A program made the position numbers and the translations under genes. A stretch of 64,000 bases of DNA from Rhodospirillaceae bacterium (GTDB lineage Bacteria > Pseudomonadota > Alphaproteobacteria > Rhodospirillales > Rhodospirillaceae): positions 112,572-176,571 of the forward strand of contig JAYRKL010000007.1 of NCBI GenBank assembly GCA_041905795.1, given 5' to 3'. Below, piece by piece: positions 58,687 through 64,000 of this stretch. The first letter of the stretch is position 1. Each line of letters begins with the position of its first letter. The notes beneath the pieces were generated by a model. It had not been told where the DNA came from. It ran no database searches and was given only the letters and a program-made list of their open reading frames with translations.

Positions 58687-60813
58687 TTAGGTGGCGGCGG
58701 TTTCGCCGGCTTCGAGATCGGCGCCGGTGGCCTGGTCCACGCGCTTCATGGACAGCTTCACCTTGCCGCGGTCGTCGATGCCAAGGCACTTCACCTTCAC
58801 CACGTCGCCTTCCTTGACCACTTCGCCGACGGTCTGCACGCGCTTGGGCGCCAGTTCGGAGATGTGCACGAGGCCGTCGCGCTTGCCGAGGAAGTTCACG
58901 AACGCGCCGAAGTCCATGGTTTTGACGACGGTGCCGGTGTAAATGACGCCGACTTCCGGCTCCGCGACGATGTCCTTAATGCGGCGCACGGCTTCGTTCA
59001 TCATGTCCTGATCGGCCGAGGCCACGCGCACGGTGCCGTCGTCCTCGATGTCGATCTTGGTGCCGGTGGTTTCCTGCAGCTCGCGAATGACCTTGCCGCC
59101 GGTGCCGATGATCTCGCGGATCTTGTCCTTCGGCACGGTCAGCGTGGTGATGCGCGGGGCATGCTGGGCCACCTGGTCGCGGGCGCCGGTCATGGCCTTG
59201 GCCATTTCGCCCAGGATGTGCAAGCGGCCGTCCTTGGCCTGGCGCAGCGCGATATCCATGATCTCGCGGGTGATGGACGTGATCTTGATGTCCATCTGCA
59301 GCGAGGTCACGCCGGCGCTGGTGCCGGCGACCTTGAAGTCCATGTCGCCGAGGTGATCTTCGTCACCCAGGATGTCCGACAGGACCGCGAAGTCGTTGCC
59401 TTCCTTGATCAGGCCCATGGCGATGCCCGCCACCGGACGGGCCAAAGGCACGCCGCCGTCCATCAGCGCCAGCGAGGTGCCGCAGACGGTGGCCATGGAG
59501 GACGAGCCGTTGGACTCGGTGATTTCCGAGACCACGCGCAGCGTATAGGGGAACTGGTCGCGGCCCGGGATCAGCGGGTTGATGGCGCGCCACGCCAGCT
59601 TGCCGTGGCCGATTTCGCGGCGGCCCGGGCTGCCCATGCGGCCGGCTTCACCCACGGAATAGGGGGGGAAGTTGTAGTGCAGCATGAAGTACTGGCGGTA
59701 TTCGCCTTCCAGGGCGTCGATGATCTGTTCGTCCTGGCCGGTGCCCAGGGTCGCGGTGACCAGCGCCTGGGTTTCGCCGCGGGTGAACAGAGCCGAGCCG
59801 TGGGCGCGCGGCAGCACGCCGACTTCCACTTCGATCTGGCGCACGGTCTTGGTGTCGCGGCCGTCGATGCGGGTGCCGGTCTTGAGGATCTGGCCGCGGA
59901 CCACGTCCGCTTCCATGTGCTTGAACACGCCGCCGGCAACGGCCAGTTCGGCGGCGTTGTCGCCGAGGCTGGCGATGGCCTTCTTCTTCACGTCGCCGAC
60001 CGCGGCATAACGTTCCTGCTTAACCCGATTCCGATAGGCGGCGTCGAGGTCGGCGGTAAACGCTTTGAACTTGTTCTTCACGATCGCCACTTCCGGGGCT
60101 TCCGGGGCGAGGGTGAACGGTTCCTTGGCGCAGGCTTCGGCCAGGCTGATGATCATATTGATCACGGTCTGCATCTGGTCGTGGCCGAAGTTGACCGCGC
60201 CCAGCATGACTTCTTCCGACAGTTCCTTGGCTTCGGACTCGACCATCAACACGCCTTCACGGGTGCCGGCGAGGACGAGATCCAGCACCGACTTCGGGGC
60301 TTCGTCCATGCGGGTGTTGAGGACATACTGGCCGTCGATGTAGCCGACGCGGGCGGCGCCGATGGGGCCCAGGAACGGAATGCCGGAGATGGTGAGCGCC
60401 GCGGACGCGCCGATCATGGCGACGATGTCCGGGTCGTTCTTCAGGTCGTGCGACAGCACCGTACACACCACCTGGGTTTCGTTGCGATAGCCGTCAACGA
60501 ACAGCGGGCGGATCGGACGGTCGATCAGGCGCGAGGTCAGCACTTCCTTTTCGGTGGGGCGGCCTTCGCGCTTGAAGAATCCGCCCGGGATCTTGCCGGC
60601 GGCGAACGCTTTTTCCTGATAGTTGACGGTCAGCGGGAAGAAATCGACGCCGGGCTTCGGCGACTTGGCGCCGACCGCGGTGCACAGCACGGTGGTCTCG
60701 CCGTAGGTGGCCAGGACGGCGCCGTCAGCCTGACGGGCGATCTTGCCGGTTTCCAGGACCAGCTTGCGGCCGCCCCATTCGATTTCTCTGCGATGAATTT
60801 TGAACATGGACAT
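58687..60813 (-). CDS. pnp: Polyribonucleotide nucleotidyltransferase (PNPase)
   Basis: Two RNase PH domains plus KH and S1 domains ('GGKVIRELQ', '[19 protein letters not shown]'), 708 aa. Confidence 0.97.
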   Translation of the reverse strand: MSMFKIHRREIEWGGRKLVLETGKIARQADGAVLATYGETTVLCTAVGAKSPKPGVDFFPLTVNYQEKAFAAGKIPGGFFKREGRPTEKEVLTSRLIDRPIRPLFVDGYRNETQVVCTVLSHDLKNDPDIVAMIGASAALTISGIPFLGPIGAARVGYIDGQYVLNTRMDEAPKSVLDLVLAGTREGVLMVESEAKELSEEVMLGAVNFGHDQMQTVINMIISLAEACAKEPFTLAPEAPEVAIVKNKFKAFTADLDAAYRNRVKQERYAAVGDVKKKAIASLGDNAAELAVAGGVFKHMEADVVRGQILKTGTRIDGRDTKTVRQIEVEVGVLPRAHGSALFTRGETQALVTATLGTGQDEQIIDALEGEYRQYFMLHYNFPPYSVGEAGRMGSPGRREIGHGKLAWRAINPLIPGRDQFPYTLRVVSEITESNGSSSMATVCGTSLALMDGGVPLARPVAGIAMGLIKEGNDFAVLSDILGDEDHLGDMDFKVAGTSAGVTSLQMDIKITSITREIMDIALRQAKDGRLHILGEMAKAMTGARDQVAQHAPRITTLTVPKDKIREIIGTGGKVIRELQETTGTKIDIEDDGTVRVASADQDMMNEAVRRIKDIVAEPEVGVIYTGTVVKTMDFGAFVNFLGKRDGLVHISELAPKRVQTVGEVVKEGDVVKVKCLGIDDRGKVKLSMKRVDQATGADLEAGETAAT

Positions 60814-61150
60814 TGGTGGTCTTCCTTCTTCCCCTCATGGACCGGCGCCGGATTGCGCGCCCAACTCGACCGCCCAAAACCCACCAAGTCGCGCGCCCAA
60901 CGCGCGCTTCAAAAATGTGGGTTGAAAACGGACCGAGGGTTCGAGCCGGGATTTCGATCCTCGGCAGAGATGCTCTGCCTTCTCCACGCAGCGCGTTTCC
61001 GCCTCAGCGGGGTACACGCTTAATTTTCAGCGGTCTTACTTCAAACCCGGCTCCGGCCGCTGGTGGCTGTGAATACGGCAACGCGCCCGGCTTGGACTGC
61101 TCCAAGGGGCGCTAAGCCGTCCTCACCGGAACCGGGTAATGGCCAGCGTA
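60814..61150 (-). promoter_or_regulatory. Long rpsO-pnp intergenic leader with several hairpins
   Basis: 337-nt gap. Hairpins include GCGCCCGGCTTGGA-CTGC-TCCAAGGGGCGC (61083-61112) just after rpsO, GGCAGAG-ATG-CTCTGCC (60963-60979) and a CGCGCG-CCCAA-CGCGCG stem (about 60886-60910). Confidence 0.5.
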
Positions 61151-61420
61151 TTACTTACGCAGGCCGAGGCGCGTGATCAGGGCGTCGTAGCGCGGGGCGG
61201 ACGAGCCCTTGAGATAGTCGAGCAAACGGCGGCGCTGACCGACCATCACCAGCAGGCCACGGCGCGAGTGGTTGTCCTTGGTGTGACCCTTGAGATGTTC
61301 GGTGAGGTTCTTGATGCGCTCGCTGAGCACCGCCACCTGGACTTCCGGCGAACCGGTGTCACCCGACTTGGTGGCATATTCTTTGATGAGCGCTTGCTTG
61401 CGCTCCGCGGTGATCGACAT
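61151..61420 (-). CDS. rpsO: 30S ribosomal protein S15
   Basis: '[16 protein letters not shown]...[16 protein letters not shown]' is canonical S15. Confidence 0.97.
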   Translation of the reverse strand: MSITAERKQALIKEYATKSGDTGSPEVQVAVLSERIKNLTEHLKGHTKDNHSRRGLLVMVGQRRRLLDYLKGSSAPRYDALITRLGLRK

Positions 61421-61451
61421 CGTGTACTCCTATTTTTTGCGTCGCGCGCTT

Positions 61452-62378
61452 TCAGCGCGACAAGTTCATGACACGGACGGGGCGGACCATGCCCTCCCCG
61501 ACCTCGGCCACCGCTACGAGCGTCTCCCCGCATTTGACCTGTACCGCGTCGCCGGGTGTCAGGCCTGAAAGGGGGCTCCGCTTTGCTACCGGCCACAGGG
61601 CGATGGACTGCCCCTGGCGCATGCGGCGGGCCTCTTCGGCGGTCAGGGCCAGTGCCGGGATGTCGTCCAGCACGGTCGCGACCGGAAGAAGGTATTCGGA
61701 AGCGGCGGCTTTATGCCCCAGGGATTCCAGCATTTCCAGGGAAATCGCCCCCTCCAGGCCGAACGGGCCGCAGCGAGTGCGCCGAAGCACCGAAATATGG
61801 CCCAACGTGCCCAGATGACGGGCTAAATCCCGGACCAGAGCCCGGATATAGGTGCCTTTTCCGCAGTCCACCTCGAATTTTGCCCGCTCGGGGCCGCTTT
61901 CGAGCAGGGAAAACCGGTCCACACGCACGGTTCTGGCCTCCAAAGCCAGGGTTTCCCCCTTCCGGGCCAGGTCATAGGCCCGTTTCCCAGCCACTTTGAT
62001 GGCTGAATAGTCGGGAGGCACCTGTTGGATGGACCCGGTGAAAATCGGCAGGGCGGCCTCGATCTCGGCCCGGCCCGGACGTCCTTCAGCGGTAGCAATC
62101 TGCTGCCCATCGCTGTCGTCCGTATCGGTTTGGACCCCCCAAACCAGCTCAAACTGGTAGGTTTTCCGCCCATCCATGGCGAAAGCGACGGTTTTGGTGG
62201 CTTCCCCCAGGGCAATGGGCAGGAGTCCGGTGGCCAAGGGGTCCAAAGTCCCCCCGTGACCCACCTTTTCGGCATTCATGGACCGCTTGATGCGGGCAAC
62301 CACCGTCGCCGCCGTCAGGCCTGTCGGCTTGTCGACGGCGATCCAGCCGTGGATCGGCTCACCTTTCCGCCGTCCCAA
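61452..62378 (-). CDS. truB: tRNA pseudouridine(55) synthase TruB
   Basis: 'GWIAVDKPTGLT' and 'KVGHGGTLDPLATGLLPI' catalytic Asp motif. Confidence 0.94.
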   Translation of the reverse strand: MGRRKGEPIHGWIAVDKPTGLTAATVVARIKRSMNAEKVGHGGTLDPLATGLLPIALGEATKTVAFAMDGRKTYQFELVWGVQTDTDDSDGQQIATAEGRPGRAEIEAALPIFTGSIQQVPPDYSAIKVAGKRAYDLARKGETLALEARTVRVDRFSLLESGPERAKFEVDCGKGTYIRALVRDLARHLGTLGHISVLRRTRCGPFGLEGAISLEMLESLGHKAAASEYLLPVATVLDDIPALALTAEEARRMRQGQSIALWPVAKRSPLSGLTPGDAVQVKCGETLVAVAEVGEGMVRPVRVMNLSR

Positions 62379-62383
62379 CGCGC

Positions 62384-62839
62384 TTAGTCCTTGTCCGAGT
62401 CGGTGTCGGACGCGACCTCATCCGCGGCGCCGTAGCGGTCGGCGTCCAGGTCCCGGGCGACCTCGGGTTTGTGCAGCAGGCGCCCGATGCGCTCGGCCTC
62501 GTCGAAGCTCTGGTCGGCGGCGAAGATCAGGTCCGGGATGAATCTCATCTGCAGGCGGTCGGCCAGCTGGCGCCGCAGGAACGGCTTCACGCGCTTGAGG
62601 CCTTCCAGGATGGCCGCGGTATCGCCGCCGCCGAGCGGCACCACATAGACGCGGGCGTGGCGCAGGTCCGGCGACGGGCGCACCTCGGTGACGGTGATGT
62701 GCTTGCCGGCGAGCGCGGGGTCGCGGAAGGTCTCGCGCTCGAACAGCGCCGCCAGCACGTGGCGAATCTCTTCGCCGACGCGCAGCTGGCGCTGGCCGGG
62801 AGGCTGTTTGGCGTTACGGGTGTTTCTCGGCATAAGCAC
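62384..62839 (-). CDS. rbfA: Ribosome-binding factor A
   Basis: 'RQLRVGEEIRHVLA...ITVTEVRPSPDLRHARVYV' RbfA pattern. Confidence 0.92.
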   Translation of the reverse strand: MLMPRNTRNAKQPPGQRQLRVGEEIRHVLAALFERETFRDPALAGKHITVTEVRPSPDLRHARVYVVPLGGGDTAAILEGLKRVKPFLRRQLADRLQMRFIPDLIFAADQSFDEAERIGRLLHKPEVARDLDADRYGAADEVASDTDSDKD

Positions 62840-62890
62840 TCCTTCCAGGGAACGCGCCCCCGGACGAAACGGTGGCGCGGAATGGCGGGA

Positions 62891-64000
62891 CTAGAGAGTC
62901 GCCGCCACCCGTTCCATTTCGAAGCACTCGATCATGTCGCCCTTCTGGATGTCCTGGTAGTTGGCGAGCGCCATGCCGCACTCGTAACCCTCGCGGACTT
63001 CGCGGGCGTCGTCCTTGAAGCGCTTGAGCTGCGACAGATCGCCCTCGTGGATGACCACGTTGTCGCGCAGCAGGCGGACTTTGCAGCCGCGCTTGATGAC
63101 GCCCTGGGTGACCATGCAGCCGGCGATCTTGCCGACCTTGGTGATGTTGAACACTTCGCGGATCTCGGCGTAGCCGATGAAGTTTTCCTTGAAGGTGGGC
63201 GCCAGCATGCCGGTGAGCACCATTTTGATGTCATCGGCGACGGCGTAGATGATCGAGTAGTAGCGGATGTCGACGTTGTCGCGCTTGGCGGTTTCGCGCG
63301 CCTGGCTGTTGGCGCGGACGTTGAAGCCGATCAGGAGCGCGCCGTAGGTCTTGGCCAGCGTCACGTCGGATTCGTTGATGGCGCCGACGGCGCCGTGGAT
63401 CACGTTCACCTTCACAGCATCCGTGCCGAGCTTGCCCAGCGTGCCGGTCAAGGCTTCGACCGAGCCCTGCACGTCCGCCTTGACGATGACGTTGAGCACG
63501 GTGTCCTCGCCGGCTTTGATCTTGGCGAACATCTGCTCCATGGTCGACGTGCCGACGCCGGCGGCGTGTTCCTTGTCGCGGATCTTGCGGCGGCGGAATT
63601 CGGTGACTTCGCGGGCGCGGGCTTCGTCCTCGACCACGACGAAATCGTCGCCAGCCGACGGCGTGCCGCCGAAGCCGATGACTTCCACCGGCGCCGACGG
63701 CATGGCCGACTTCACCTGCTTGCCGTGTTCGTTGACCAGCGCGCGCACGCGGCCCCATTCGGCGCCGGCGACGAAGATGTCGCCCAAACGCAGGGTGCCG
63801 CGCTGCACCAGCACGGTGCCGACCGAGCCGACGCCCTTTTCCATCTTGGCTTCGATGATGGAGCCTTCGGCGGCGCGGTCCGGGTTTGCCTTGAGGTCGA
63901 GGAGTTCCGCCTGCAGCAGGATGATTTCCTCGAGCTTGTCGAGGTTGGTCTTCTGCGTCGCGGACACTTCCACCGACAGGGTTTCACCGCCCATGTCTTC
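62891..64000 (-). CDS. infB: Translation initiation factor IF-2 (C-terminal part; 5' end beyond window edge)
   Basis: IF-2 domains from 'VEVSATQKTNLDKLEE' to the C-terminal 'IECFEMERVAATL'. The reading frame stays open to position 64000. Confidence 0.95.
   Translation of the reverse strand, partial: EDMGGETLSVEVSATQKTNLDKLEEIILLQAELLDLKANPDRAAEGSIIEAKMEKGVGSVGTVLVQRGTLRLGDIFVAGAEWGRVRALVNEHGKQVKSAMPSAPVEVIGFGGTPSAGDDFVVVEDEARAREVTEFRRRKIRDKEHAAGVGTSTMEQMFAKIKAGEDTVLNVIVKADVQGSVEALTGTLGKLGTDAVKVNVIHGAVGAINESDVTLAKTYGALLIGFNVRANSQARETAKRDNVDIRYYSIIYAVADDIKMVLTGMLAPTFKENFIGYAEIREVFNITKVGKIAGCMVTQGVIKRGCKVRLLRDNVVIHEGDLSQLKRFKDDAREVREGYECGMALANYQDIQKGDMIECFEMERVAATL

Noticed and set aside
60930-60965. 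'CCGAGGGTTCGAGCCGGGATTTCGATCCTCGG', a tRNA-like GGTTCGAGCC motif in the pnp leader.
   Set aside because: It cannot be folded into a T-arm or cloverleaf. I treat it as an ordinary leader hairpin.
58864-61023. 719-aa plus-strand ORF covering pnp and its leader.
   Set aside because: It is antisense to an unmistakable PNPase gene and its product matches no family. The same reasoning applies to 19488-21044, 21728-23395, 25893-27119, 30249-31541, 45732-47093, 52071-53276 and 53194-54330.
1-64000. Search for CRISPR arrays, IS elements or transposases, integrases, prophage genes, toxin-antitoxin pairs and rRNA or tRNA genes.
   Set aside because: I recognised no matching repeat-spacer structure, terminal inverted repeats with a transposase, or characteristic protein motifs. 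By eye the window looks like core chromosome throughout. A proper HMM, tRNAscan or Infernal scan would be needed to make this rigorous.

Overview
This is a high-GC, gene-dense chromosomal window. Its gene content and order match the origin-proximal core region of Alphaproteobacteria, and a Rhodospirillales-like host is my inference, not a demonstrated fact.

I support about 65 protein-coding genes:
- hslU (5' partial), then Smr, mltA, Tim44-like and secB.
- The overlapping minus-strand string DUF299 regulator-maf-aroE-coaE-dnaQ.
- Diverging from it on the plus strand: rho, mnmE, mnmG, rsmG, parA and parB.
- holA-lptE-leuS.
- A Pho-type cluster, pstSCAB plus a divergent OprO/P-type porin.
- A rimK module, followed by yggS, ribA, an orphan OmpR-type regulator, HIT, comM/yifB, mscS, gshB and rsmI.
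- UDP-xylose synthase and hldE, then panD.
- pnp-rpsO-truB-rbfA-infB (infB 5' end truncated by the window edge).

I found no rRNA, tRNA, CRISPR array, transposase, integrase or phage genes.

Non-coding features read directly from the sequence:
- Three exact parS sites embedded in a longer palindrome.
- A tandem DnaA-box pair between mnmE and mnmG.
- A 643-bp gap syntenic with the Caulobacter-type origin.
- PhoB-box-like repeats.
- A two-hairpin intergenic repeat family with three copies.
- A duplicated gene tail.

The most unusual coding feature is a tightly overlapped four-gene minus-strand operon (47965-51993). Two paralogous cytoplasmic proteins with degenerate GGDEF-like and EAL-like regions precede an ABC ATPase and an ABC-2 permease.

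Many long ORFs in the six-frame track are antisense or N-terminal-extension artefacts of high GC content and were rejected.
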